The notes beneath the pieces are model-generated. The model was not told the origin of the DNA. It made no database searches and saw only the letters and a program-made list of their open reading frames with translations. Below, one piece after another: positions 51,419-63,377 of a DNA stretch of 64,000 bases. Source of the DNA: Squalus acanthias (Eukaryota). Position numbers and translations under genes: made by a program. Positions within the stretch are counted from its first letter, which is position 1. Every line of letters starts with the position of its first letter. The stretch lies in contig CM059440.1 of assembly GCA_030390025.1 (NCBI GenBank), positions 67,146,001 through 67,210,000 of the forward strand, written 5' to 3'.

Positions 51419-54400
51419 GTAAGTCATAACTAACTTAATAATTTCAAGGAATTTGATGTGATGTTCTGCATTTGCTTTTTTGTTACTGCTCAATATTTGT
51501 TACACAATTACACTTAATTATCTTTATAACTGGCAGCTTTAAAATCAGTTTCTTTCATTTACAACCAAACAATCCAGGAAGTGGACGGTCCACTGATGTG
51601 AATTATGGCCCATTGAGCCTTATCCAGCTCGTAACCATTCACAATGCAGTCCACTGAGCCTATATAACTTCGTTCTATTGCTATTTACATTTCTTACTTG
51701 CTGGTTTGCCATGTTTGCATTTTCTGAGCCTGGATGTTTGGAAAGAGTTTTTTTTAATTCATTCATGGGATGTGGGCGTCGCTGGCAAGGCCAGCATTTA
51801 TTGCCCAGTTAGGATTAGTAGTTTTGCATCATTGGTGGATAAATCCTGAATCAGAACATCAGTAGTATCTGCAGCTAGACTTCTGCAAATTAATGGGAAC
51901 TGGTACATAGATCATTAAAATATGAACAGGTACAGAAAATAATCAAAAGGTTAATAGAACGCTGGCCTTTATATCTAGAGGACTAGGATACAAGGGGGTA
52001 GAAGTTATGCTGCAGCGATACACCAGGAGTACTGTGAGCAGTTGTGGGCACCGCACCTTAGGAAGGTCTTTCCGCAGATATTGACTGACCTGCTGAGTAT
52101 TCTTTTACTATTTTCTGCTTTTGTTTCAGATTTCTAACATTTTATCCTTCCTCTTTAACTTACAGCTGGATTTGAAGTCCGAATGGTTACTGGACCAGTG
52201 GCAGCTATCAGTGACCAAATTGTTGTGCTAGGATGCAGTTTCACTGTGACTGGAGAGCCACCTGAGAAGAATATCGTTGTCACCTGGCAGCTCGTCGACA
52301 CTGAAGAGGTTGTCCACAGTTATTATTATGGCGAAGACCAGCTCAGCAAGCAGAATCCTCAATATTCAGGCAGAACAAGTCTATTCCCAGAGGAGTTTAA
52401 AAATGGAAATGCTTCACTGAAATTAAAAGGAGTAAGACCAAACGACGCTGGACTATACCAGTGTTATGTCAGTAATACAGTTGGAAATGATAAAGGAACA
52501 GTTTCTGTCAGAATTGCAGGTAAATATACTGAACGTATTTCTCTTTTCTTAGTTGCCCATCTTACCTGACTCACGCTACAGTATTGTTGCCTCGAATACA
52601 TCCTCTCTCTTTATTCATAGTGAATGGGTAACAGGTCATGTACTGTAAACTTCTTCCCATTAAGTGTTAATAAGCACAGTGCAGAACAGAGCTAATATAG
52701 CCCATTATGTAATCGAGAGGAAATGGAACATTTCTCAAATTGCCTGGGATAAAAGTTGGAGTCCCAGAGGAAAGAAAATGTTGAGAACTGCATTTTTAAC
52801 ACATTTACACTTTTCGTTAGGTTACAAGTTTTTCAATCCATGTCCAGTGCCACCTCACTGGGAGAACCTCTCTCACCAGTGACAGATTGCTTCTGCCACC
52901 TCACCTGCAGCTGCCATCTATTCCAGCCTATGGAGGGAGTCATTGGAGAGCCTGGGTGCAAGAGGTCACCTTTGTGCAGTGATTGTCAGTGTTTTCAGCC
53001 CCTCAATGCTGTCAAACACTGAGAAATCAACTGTCAAAATAAAATAGTGCATGGTCCCTTTAAGGAAACCGACAGATGACGCATCATTAAATGATGTCAG
53101 CAGACCCGCTTCCTATTAATTGGCTGGCAAGCCCGCAGGGCGGGCTTAACAAGGTCAATCAAGGCAAAATCACGTCCATGGCCCAGATGCAGCTGGGGGC
53201 GGGACTGGAAGCCGGAAACCACCTGACCCGCAGCCAACCCGCCTCCATTGATAAAATCGCGGCCTTAGTTTTATGATGCCTCAAAATAGCACTGGAGGAT
53301 GATTTACCTGGACCCCCTCTCTCAGGTTCGAGCTCCGTTTGAATATGGTCCGGTCACAGCCCTAGTACTCCTTGCAGGGCCCTAATGTCAGGAAATGTCA
53401 GTTGGAGTACAGCAGCCAGAATGGTAGAAGAGCTGGGGGGGCTCATGGTTTAAAAAAAAACTTTCAGCTACCTTTCAGTTTCTCTTTGCTTTGCTGCCCG
53501 GTCCCGTCAGACCCACCGACCCGAGTGGGTGCCTAACACAAGGCCCACCATCAGCTTCTTGGGGTACCTCTACATCTGGGCACCCCTGGGCTGCAGAGGA
53601 AAATCTATCAGGCAGGAGGCCGGGAATGCCCCTCCCACCTCATTTAAGTGAGCACATTGTGCAGGTCCTACTCCACCCCTTGGAGCAAGCACTGGCAATC
53701 CCAGGACAGTTTAAAGGAGGTGGGTGCCTGGCATAACTGGTTTTTGCCCCTGTTATGACATTTGTGCCCAGAGAATAGGCGTTCCCTGGGGTAAAGGCCA
53801 AGATAATCTGCCTATGATGTAATGAGATTGCGATCAAATCATTTTTTCATCTTCTGAGGATGCTCAACCTGTGCAGAACTCGAACGTCAAGTACGCACTT
53901 GACCTCTAACTCTTCTGTGCTGCACTCCTTGTACTCAAAACAAATAAGTGACTGGTAACCAAGAACTTTATAATCATTATATTAGGCCGTGCATTGTTCT
54001 GCAATATAGCTCAAGCATATACCAAAGGTATATGGCACTGTATCATTTATTACTGAAGAGGCAAGACTGAAAGATTGTTTTAATTTCACAGCATACTACA
54101 ATGAGCCAGTGCTGTTGATCAAACAGAAACTGTCCAGCACCATTTTAACATTTGAGTCCCGAGGCTTTCCTAAGGCTGATGTTTCTTGGTACAACGGAGA
54201 CAATCTACATGATTCCCTTTTGTCCAAATGTTTATACCAGCAAACTGCTGATGGTCTGTACATAGTCGAAAGCACTATGGAAATCATTGTCACAGAAAGA
54301 AGTTCAAACTATACATTCGTGTTAAGAAATGCTGCTGTCAATCAAACTATCTCGAGGACACTTAGTTTTCTTATTCCAGGTAAGATTTTGCTTGTTCTTC

Positions 54401-55191
54401 TCACCAATTTTCTTCCTCTCCTTCTCGCTTGAAGGTACCAGGCCACTCTCACACTCAGGTGGGTTATTATTTATGTGGGAACATTAATAGTGGGTTTTAC
54501 CAGGCGGATCATCAATGGTGCATCAGAGCTGCACCTGATCCTATCCTCACCTTCTGTCCACAAAGGTGCAGTTTCAGAATGGGTCACTGATAACCCTAGG
54601 GCATTAAGACCAATTGTCACATCCATACTGCTGTCCCAGCTGTTATCAGCTAACTCAGCATATATTGAAGGTGGGACTGCATGACTCAGCTACTCACTGG
54701 AGAGACTCACTGAGCCACTGGAGGAGCTAGACTTTTCATTTTAATAATAATAACTGAGTCATCTATTTATTATTTTAGAAAATGAATCTTTACAAAACAA
54801 ATTCAATTCACACAATTTTCATCGCTAGTACATTTAAGTTGAGTATTCAGTAATTTGCTCATCACTTTAGTCGCTTCTACCCACCAGGAAGCCGCAGTAG
54901 CATCTGAATAGAACCTCCTTGTGATTTTTTTGAGCTGCTTCTATTTTTATGATTCTTTTTATTCAAGGAATAAAAGGTTTTTTTCCTCTTTTTTTTCTAC
55001 TTCCAGAGAATTCAATCGGGAAGAAAGACCGTTCCTGCAATTATTATGCAGCCCTCATCAGTTGCATTCTGGGGACTATATTCATAATAATAATAATAAT
55101 AATAATAATAATAGCACTAACTGTGATGTTACATAAACACAGGTATATTAAACCAAAGAAAATGGAATACAATAATCCAGGTCTACCATGA
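51361..55191 (+). CDS. B7-family Ig-superfamily membrane protein (CD276/HHLA2/VTCN1-like), copy 1; join(51361..51418,52166..52519,54092..54379,55007..55191), 294 aa
   Basis: Four exons with GT-AG, all phase-1 junctions, give an 885-nt open frame. Signal peptide MRLNSPFQILVLWGQFVVG; IgV (LGCSF..VTWQ..VVHSYYYGEDQL..YSGRTSLFPEEFKNGNASLKL..DAGLYQCYV); IgC-like (AYYNEP..RGFPKADVSW..QQTADGLYIVES..NYTF); hydrophobic TM and short basic tail. Orthologue cannot be assigned by eye. Confidence 0.88.
52166..52519 (+). CDS. B7-like copy 1, IgV exon
   Basis: ttacag|CT GGA TTT GAA GTC...ATT GCA G|gtaaat; canonical B-strand Cys, C-strand Trp and D-x-G-x-Y-x-C motif. Confidence 0.93.
54092..54379 (+). CDS. 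B7-like copy 1, IgC-like exon lacking the canonical Cys pair
   Basis: ttcacag|CA TAC TAC AAT GAG CCA...ATT CCA G|gtaaga; B7-type C-domain motifs GFP-x-A-x-V-x-W and DGLY-x-V-x-S. Confidence 0.88.
55007..55191 (+). CDS. B7-like copy 1, stalk/TM/cytoplasmic exon
   Basis: Long polypyrimidine tract + ttccag|; in phase it reads ENSIGKKDRSCNYYAALISCILGTIF(I)10ALTVMLHKHRYIKPKKMEYNNPGLP*. Confidence 0.8.
55084..55113 (+). repeat. (ATA)10 microsatellite, in-frame poly-Ile
   Basis: Ten perfect ATA codons. Confidence 0.97.
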
Positions 55192-55739
55192 GATCACTCT
55201 GGATTCCAAAATATCCTGATGGTTGTAACCAATTCTCTGCTGGACCTGTATGGTGTTTGGAGTTACAAATGGATATGTTATGAATGCTGTTTGTTCCAAA
55301 TAATGAGCCTGAATGGTCGGAATATCGATGAGTGATCCGCATGTAATAGCAACAAGGAATCCATGGGTATTCGTACTGAGTGATCCACATGTAATGGCTA
55401 TGAAGGATCCTGTATTCAGTCTGAGTGATCCACAAGAACTTGAACTGATAAGGAGGTGTTTGTAATAATCAGTGAGAGAGATTATCTAACTGGTCACTCG
55501 ACAGAGCTATCTGTAACTCTGTGAGAATAAGAGGAAGAGGAGTGTTAGATGACTGGTTGTGTTCTAAACCTACTAAAAACTGTTCAACTGAAAAAAATGC
55601 TGTAATAGCAGATCGATGATTTCTAGATGCTGACTGTGTTGTATGTTCGCGAATGTTTCCTTGCACCCTGAGTGTTAGTCTAATCTGTTTTCTATAGTCA
55701 TCCCTACTCCGTATGTTTCACTGCTATGTTTAATTCAGA

Positions 55740-55745
55740 AATAAA
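55740..55745 (+). terminator. Probable polyadenylation signal of B7-like copy 1
   Basis: AATAAA about 550 nt after the stop, followed by TGTA/GT-rich sequence. Confidence 0.45.
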
Positions 55746-56447
55746 TATATGTCAATCAATGTATGTATGACTCTGGTTTGGCATTTAATGTTCCACCATT
55801 CTAGAGTGAATTGAGGCTGTAGAATATCACTGGGCTCAACAATGCTGGCCCACTACTGCATTGTTGGAAGCACTACCCTCAGGCACCACGTGTACCTGTC
55901 CACACTCAGCTGCTCTCATTCAATAATGCTCATTGAATATATTTTCTGGCACTCCCAGTACATCAATCATGATGCTCAAGGACTGCCAAGAAAATGGGTC
56001 TGGCGTATTGTGGGGAAGGTGTGAGGGGGGGAGTGGTGGTGGTGGAAGGAACAATCAGGGACATTTTTTATTTTTTGATGGGACCTCCTCTTCAGTGCCT
56101 GTATCAGCATGCACCGATGCTCCCATCACAGCTCTCCCAATCTCAGGCCATGGCTTAACATCACATTCCTTGCCAGCTGCAAGCTCTTCCCCTCCCATCG
56201 CAGATGAGGTCATTTCTGTGGCTATATGGAGATTTGGAGCCCCAGGTCAGACTCTAGGACACTATGGGAGGTGAAGGAAAGAGGAGAAAGTGATAGACAT
56301 GAAGATAGAGAGAGAGTGCGAGACATAAGAACAGAAATAAAATGTACACAGAGTGAGGGACATAGAGGAAAAATAGGATACTGAGGGGAGGAGACACAGA
56401 GGAGAAGGAAAGGGTGAAGAAAAACAGATACAAAGACAAGGACTGAA

Positions 56448-57279
56448 AGTTCATTCGCAGCTCCTTAGATAATGAAGCAGTCCATGCCCACATGCAGCAA
56501 GACCTGGATGACATTCAGGCTTGGGCTGATAAGTGGTAGGTAACATTCACGCCTCACAAGTGCCAGGCAATGACTATTTCCGATAAGCGAGCGTCTAACC
56601 ACCGCCCTTGACATTCAACGGCATTACCATCGCCGAATACCCCACCATCAATATCCTGGGGGTTACCATTTACCAGAAACTTAACTGGACCAGCCACATT
56701 AATACTGTGGCAACAAGAGCAGGTCAGAGGCTGGGTATTCTGCAGCGAGTGTCTCACCTCGTGACTCCCCAAAGCCTTTCCACCATCTACAAGGCACAAG
56801 TAAGGAGTGTGATGGAATACTCTCCACTTGCCTGGATGAGTGCAGCTCCAACAACACTCAAGAAGCTCAACACCATCCAAAACAAAGCAGCCCACTTGAT
56901 TGGCACCCCATCCAACACCTCAGACATTCACTCCCTCCACCACCGGCGTACCATGGCTGCAGTGTGTACCATCTACAAGATGCACTGCAGCAACTCACCA
57001 AGGCTTCTTCAGCAGCACTTCCAAACCCGTGACCTCTACCACCTAGAAGGACAAGGGCAGCAGGCGCATGGGAACACCACCACCTCCAAGTTCCCCTCCA
57101 AGTCACACACCATCCTGACTTGGAAATATATCGGCGTTCCTTCATCATCGCTGGGTCAAAATCCTGAAAGTCCCTACCTAACAGCACTGTGGGAGTACCT
57201 TCACCACACGGACTGCAGCGGTTCAAGAAGGTGGCTCACCACCACCTTCTCAAGGGCAATTAGGGATGGGCAATAAATG
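56448..57279 (+). mobile_element. Same LINE family, 3' part (RT just after FADD through the 3' tail)
   Basis: IRSSLDNEAVHAHMQQDLDDIQAWADKW*VTF, ILGVT, YKAQVRSVMEYSPLAW; tail caagggcaattagggatgggcaataaatg, also seen at 1-78, 720-1112 (-), ~30760-31010 and ~51760 (-). Confidence 0.88.
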
Positions 57280-57280
57280 A

Positions 57281-60200
57281 ATCATAGAATCATAGAATCA
57301 CAGAAATTTACAGCACAGAAGGAGGCCATTTGACCCATCTTGTCTGTGCCGGCCGACAAAGAGCTATCTAGCCTAAACCCACTTTCCAGCTCTTGGTCCG
57401 TATCCTTGTAGATTACGGCACTTCAAGTGCACATCCAAGTACTTTTTAAATGTGATGATGGTTTCTGCCTCTACCACCCTTTCAGGCAGTGAGTTCCAGG
57501 CCCCCACCACCCTCTACATAGAAACATAGACATTTCTCCTCAAATCCCCTCTAAACCTCTTACCAATTACTTTAAATCTATGCCCCCTGGTTATCGACCC
57601 CTCTGCTAAGGGAAATAGGTCCTTCCTATCCACTCTATCTAGGCCCCTCATAATTTTATACACCTCTATTAGGTCTCCCCTCAGCCTACTCTGTTCCAAA
57701 GAAAACAACCCCAGCCTATCCAATCTTTCCTCATAGCTAAAATTCCCCAGCCCAGGCAACATCCTCATAAATCTCCTCTGCACCCTCTCTAGTGCAATCA
57801 CATCCTTCCTGTAATGTGGTGACCAGAACTGCACACACTATTCTAGCTGCGGCCTAACTAGTGTTTTATACAGTTCAGGCATTACCTCCCTGCTCTTATA
57901 TTCTATGCCTCGGCTAATAAAGGCAAGTTTTCCGTATGCCTTCTTAACTACCTTATCAACCTGTCCTGCTACCTTCAGGGATCTGTTGACATGCACTCCA
58001 AGATCCCTCTGATCCTCTGCACTTCTCAGTGTCCAACCACTTATTGTGTATTCCCTTGCCTTGTTAGCCCTCACCAAATGCATTACCTCACACTTCTCCA
58101 GATTGAATTCCATTTGCCACTGTTCTGCCCACTTGACCAGTCCATTGATATCTTCCTGCAATCTGCAGCTTTCTTCTTCATTATCAACCACGTGGCCAAT
58201 TTTTGTATCATCTGCAAATTTCTTAATCATACTTCCTACATTCAAGTCAAATCATTGATATATACCACAAAAAGCAAAGGACCCAGTACTGAGCCCTGCG
58301 GAACCCCACTGGAAACAGCCTTCCAGCCACAAAAACACCCTTCGACCATTACCCTTTGTTTCCTGCCTCTGAGCCAATTTCGGATCCAATTTGCCACTTT
58401 GCCTTGGATCCCCATGGGCTTTTACTTTCGTGACCAGTCTGCCATGCGGGACGTTATCAAAAGCCTTGCTAAAATCCATATAGACTACATTAAATGCACT
58501 ACCTCATCGACCATCCTCGTTACTTCCTCGTTACCTCCTCAAAAAATTCAATCAAGTTAGTCAGACATGACCTTCCCGTAACAAATCCATGCTGACTGTC
58601 CTTGATTAATCCGTGTCTTTCTAAATGAAGATTTATCCTGTCCCTCAGAATTTTTTACAACAATTTTCCCACCACCGAGGTTAGGCTGACTGGCCTGTAA
58701 TTACTCGGTCTATCCCTTTCTCCCTTTTTAAACAACGGTACCACATCAGCAGTACTCAAGTCCTCCGGCACCATACCTGTAGCCAGAAAGGATTGGAAAA
58801 TGATGGACAGAGCTTCTGTTATTTCCTCTCTTACATCTCTTAATAGTCTGGGATACATTTCATCCGGGCCTGGGGATTTATCCACTATCAAAGTTGCTAA
58901 ACCCCTTAATACTTCTTCTTTCACTATGCCTATTTCATCTAATATTTCACACTCCTCCTCTCTGATTGCAATTTCTGCATCGACCCTCTCTTTTGTGTAG
59001 ACAGACGCAAAATTTGCATTAAGAACCATACCCATGTCTTCCGCCTCCACACACAGATTACCTTTATGGTCCCTAATAGGCCCTACTCTTACTTTAGTTA
59101 TCCTCTTGCTCTTAATGTATTTATGAAACATCTTTGGGTTTTCCTTGATTTTACTTGCCAATATTTTTCATGCCCTCCCTTTGCTTTCCTAATTTCCTTT
59201 TTGATTTCACCCCTGCACTTTCTATACTCCTCTAGGGTTTCTGCAGTATTGAGCCCTCGGTATCTGTCATAAGCTTCCCTTTTTTTCTTTATCCCTCCCT
59301 GTATGCCCCTTGACATCCAGGGAGTTCTAGATTTGTTAGTCCCACCCTTTTTCTTTAAGGGAACAAACTTGCTCTGAACCCCCACTATCTCCTCCTTGAA
59401 TGCCTCCCACTGCTCTGACACTGATTTACCTTCAAGTTTCTGTCTCCAGTCCACTTTGGCTAAATCACATCTCAGCTTAGTAAAATTAGCTTTTCCCCAA
59501 TTGAGAACTTTTATTCTTGGACTATCCTTGTCCTTTTCCAGAACTACGCTAAATCTAACTGAATTATGATCACTACCACCAATATGCTCTCCCACGGATA
59601 CCCTTTCCACCTGCCCAGCTTCATTCCCTAAAACTAGGTCCAGAACCGTCCCCTCTCTTGTTGGGCTTGCTACGTACTGGCTCGAAAAAGTTCTCCTGAA
59701 TGCATTTTAAGAATTCTGCTCCCTCTATACCTTTTCACACTAATTTTATCCCAGTTAATATTAGGGAAGTTGAAATCCCCACTATTACTGCCCTATTTTT
59801 GCACGTCTCAGAAATTTGCCTACATATTTACTCTTCTATCCCCCTCTGACTGTTTGGGGGTCTATAGTACACGAGCAGTGTGATTGCCCCTTTTTTGCTT
59901 TTCAGTTCAACCCATATGGGCTCGTTGGATGATCCTTCTAAGATGTCATCCCTCCTCACAGCTGTAATTGATTCTTTAATCAATATTGCGACCCTCCCTC
60001 CTTTTTAATCCCCCTCTCTATCTTGTCTGAAAACCCTGTTACCAGGAATGTTGAGCTGCCATTCCTGCCCTTCTTTCAGCCATATCTCAGTAATAGTTAT
60101 GTTGGCCCAAAAATTCGGCCGTTCTCGGGTGAGTACGGACTGTGTACTCACCCGTATTCATTCCCGAAGTGCCGGTTTCCTGCATGCACTGTGCATGCGC

Positions 60201-60920
60201 GGGAAACCGGCACTTCCGGTATGGCGAAGGGGGCGGTTCCTAGGTGAACCACGTGCGCACTAGAGGCTGCGCGCACGCAGCACACTTAGGTTTTTTTTCA
60301 GGTTTCAACGCGAGGGTAAGTATTGAAGATTCTACGCTAGTAAAAAGGAGGCGTAAGACCCCTTTTGAACAAGGTAAGTAGTTAATTAAGTATAATTTAA
60401 AAAAAATTTCAACAGGTTTATCTTTTTTAGAGACTTTAAAGAAAGGTAAGTTTATTTTTATAACTTTTAAAAAGTATTTTAATTTTTTCAAAAATTTAAA
60501 TTTTTGTTTAAAGTGGTTAATTTATTTAACTATAGTTATTTTATTAATGTGATGGTTTTTTAAAAATTTATTTGAGGTTTAGCTGTTCTTTTGGGGCCGA
60601 TTTCAATTCACAGATTTGACAGGTCTATGAATGAAAGATGGTCTGCTGCCATTGGCTCTCCATGGCCCACGTGATCCCAGGGGTCGCATCGCACTAACTG
60701 CGCCCCTGAAACACGCAAGCACTGCGCGCCGGCTCTTGGGAGAGGCCCAGGACCCGAAGTTCCTGTGGGCCCAAAACACAACGGCAGGCGCGGTGGGTAA
60801 GAGCGCGCGCGATCCTTACCCCCGCGGCAAGCCGGCCACCCGAATTTCTAGGCCAACATCATACTCCCAGGTGTCTATCTGCGCCCTCAGCTCATCTGCT
60901 TTATTCCTTACACTCCTTGC
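57281..60920 (-). mobile_element. CR1 ORF2 remnant (duplicated copy 2; retains the (ATCATAGA)n tail)
   Basis: Same motifs; tail atcatagaatcatagaatcacag at 57281-57305. Confidence 0.93.
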
Positions 60921-61419
60921 TGGTCTTGCCATGAACGAATAAAAAAATATATAGTGCCTTTCAGACCCTCAGGACATCTCAAAGAGCTTCGCAATTAAAT
61001 ACTTTTGAAGTGTAGTCACTGTTATAATGGAGGCAATTTCAGCAGCCAGTCTGCATGAAACAAAGTCTCACAAACAGCAGTGGGAAAAATGACCAAATCA
61101 TTTTTTTCTTGTGGTGTTAGTTGTGAGAGAAATATTGGCCAGGAAACCAGGAGAACTCCCCTGCTCCTTTTTGAAATGCTTGAAATCGGAAACAAAAGCA
61201 CACAATTTTAGAAACTCTCATTAGATCAGTCAGAATCCGTGGGAAGAACAGATACTTGGTCAGAGGTAATGTTCTTTGTTTTGATTTCATTCCTTTATGT
61301 CTTCCAAACTTTTTGTTCGCTGTAAATTCGACGACATTGCTTTTGCTTTACGAGTTACTTTGCTGTGGTTTCCGTTGTCAGGAAAGAACACAGCCAGCCT
61401 ACTGTCAACAGTGCCTGCG

Positions 61420-61790
61420 TCAGAGACAAGACAGAAATACAAGCGGAATCCAGATTCAGCGGCTCACTCGGCTTTGGCGTTTCACGCAGGGAGGTGCTGC
61501 GGTTCCGAGGCCGGCGAGAGTGAAGGTGAGCAGATACCCCATTCCCCGGCCTTGTTGTGTCCCCCTGTCTCACGTTGCCTTCACGGGAAAGAATTGAGAC
61601 GTGGCAGACTGGGAGCGGCCGCTTGTTGTGAATATCCCGCTGCCCCGGAGGCGGCCACAGAAGTTTGGAAAGTTGCAGCGACATCCCGGGGCTCTGCGAG
61701 CGCTGTCAGCGATCTCTCCAGTCCCCAGTGGGCAGGGGCTGAATGGGCAATTGCCGCTGAGTGAAGCCGCCTCTTTCCCCACCGTCACAT
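61420..61790 (+). promoter_or_regulatory. CpG-rich promoter / first exon of B7-like copy 2 (candidate donor after 61525)
   Basis: Duplicate of 50560-50930 with a few substitutions and 1-bp indels. Confidence 0.5.
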
Positions 61791-62219
61791 TTACTTTCTG
61801 CCATCAGGTAGAAGCGACTGGGATGGGAGTTATTTTGATAACGTAAATAAACTGGTATTTTCGTTATTGAAATTGCTCGATTAACAAATCAAACATCTGC
61901 AAGTGTGATCATCTGTTGCTGTACTGTAAATGTAAAACAACCCTGTATTAAAGGAGCCAGCCTGCCCTGATCCCTCCACAATAACCTGTTGGAAGTTTGC
62001 GTTCTGGGCATCAAGTGAGGACAGTCTCAGACTAGGCTGTGGAGCCTCCCATCGTCGAATAGTCTGCCAACATTCACTCTCTGGGCTCACACATGTAGAA
62101 TGACCACTTGAGCAAATTCCTGCTTATTAATGTATATTAATCCATTTAATAATGACCATGTTTATTCACATATCTTGTATTTCTTTCTTTAAGGAATTTA
62201 CCAGCTAAGAGAAACAGCA

Positions 62220-63377
62220 ATGAGATTGAATTCTCCGTTCCAAATTCTTGTTCTGTGGGGACAATTCGTAGTTGGTCGTAAGTCATAACTAACTTAATAA
62301 TTTCAAGGAATTTGATGTGATGTTCTGCATTTGCTTTTTTGTTACTGCTCAATATTTGTTACACAATTACACTTAATTATCTTTATAACTGGCAGCTTTA
62401 AAATCAGTTTCTTTCATTTACAACCAAACAATCCAGGAAGTGGACGGTCCACTGATGTGAATTATGGCCCATTGAGCCTTATCCAGCTCGTAACCATTCA
62501 CAATGCAGTCCACTGAGCCTATATAACTTCGTTCTATTGCTATTTACATTTCTTACTTGCTGGTTTGCCATGTTTGCATTTTCTGAGCCTGGATGTTTGG
62601 AAAGAGTTTTTTTAATTCATTCATGGGATGTGGGCGTCGCTGGCAAGGCCAGCATTTATTGCCCAGTTAGGATTAGTAGTTTTGCATCATTGGTGGATAA
62701 ATCCTGAATCAGAACATCAGTAGTATCTGCAGCTAGACTTCTGCAAATTAATGGGAACTGGTACATAGATCATTAAAATATGAACAGGTACAGAAAATAA
62801 TCAAAAGGTTAATAGAACGCTGGCCTTTATATCTAGAGGACTAGGATACAAGGGGGTAGAAGTTATGCTGCAGCGATACACCAGGAGTACTGTGAGCAGT
62901 TGTGGGCACCGCACCTTAGGAAGGTCTTTCCGCAGATATTGACTGACCTGCTGAGTATTCTTTTACTATTTTCTGTTTTTGTTTCAGATTTCTAACATTT
63001 TATCCTTCCTCTTTAACTTACAGCTGGATTTGAAGTCCGAATGGTTACTGGACCAGTGGCAGCTATCAGTGACCAAATTGTTGTGCTAGGATGCAGTTTC
63101 ACTGTGACTGGAGAGCCACCTGAGAAGAATATCGTTGTCACCTGGCAGCTCGTCGACACTGAAGAGGTTGTCCACAGTTATTATTATGGCGAAGACCAGC
63201 TCAGCAAGCAGAATCCTCAATATTCAGGCAGAACAAGTCTATTCCCAGAGGAGTTTAAAAATGGAAATGCTTCACTGAAATTAAAAGGAGTAAGACCAAA
63301 CGACGCTGGACTATACCAGTGTTATGTCAGTAATACAGTTGGAAATGATAAAGGAACAGTTTCTGTCAGAATTGCAG
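62220..63377 (+). CDS. B7-like copy 2, partial: join(62220..62277,63024..63377); remaining exons lie beyond the window
   Basis: Signal and IgV exons with the same splice sites and identical translation to copy 1; offset 10858-10859 bp. Confidence 0.88.

Noticed and set aside
51628-51740. Hydrophobic stretch FVLLLFTFLTCWFAMFAF as the B7 signal exon
   Set aside because: No in-frame ATG and wrong phase; 51361-51418 fits with perfect splice sites.
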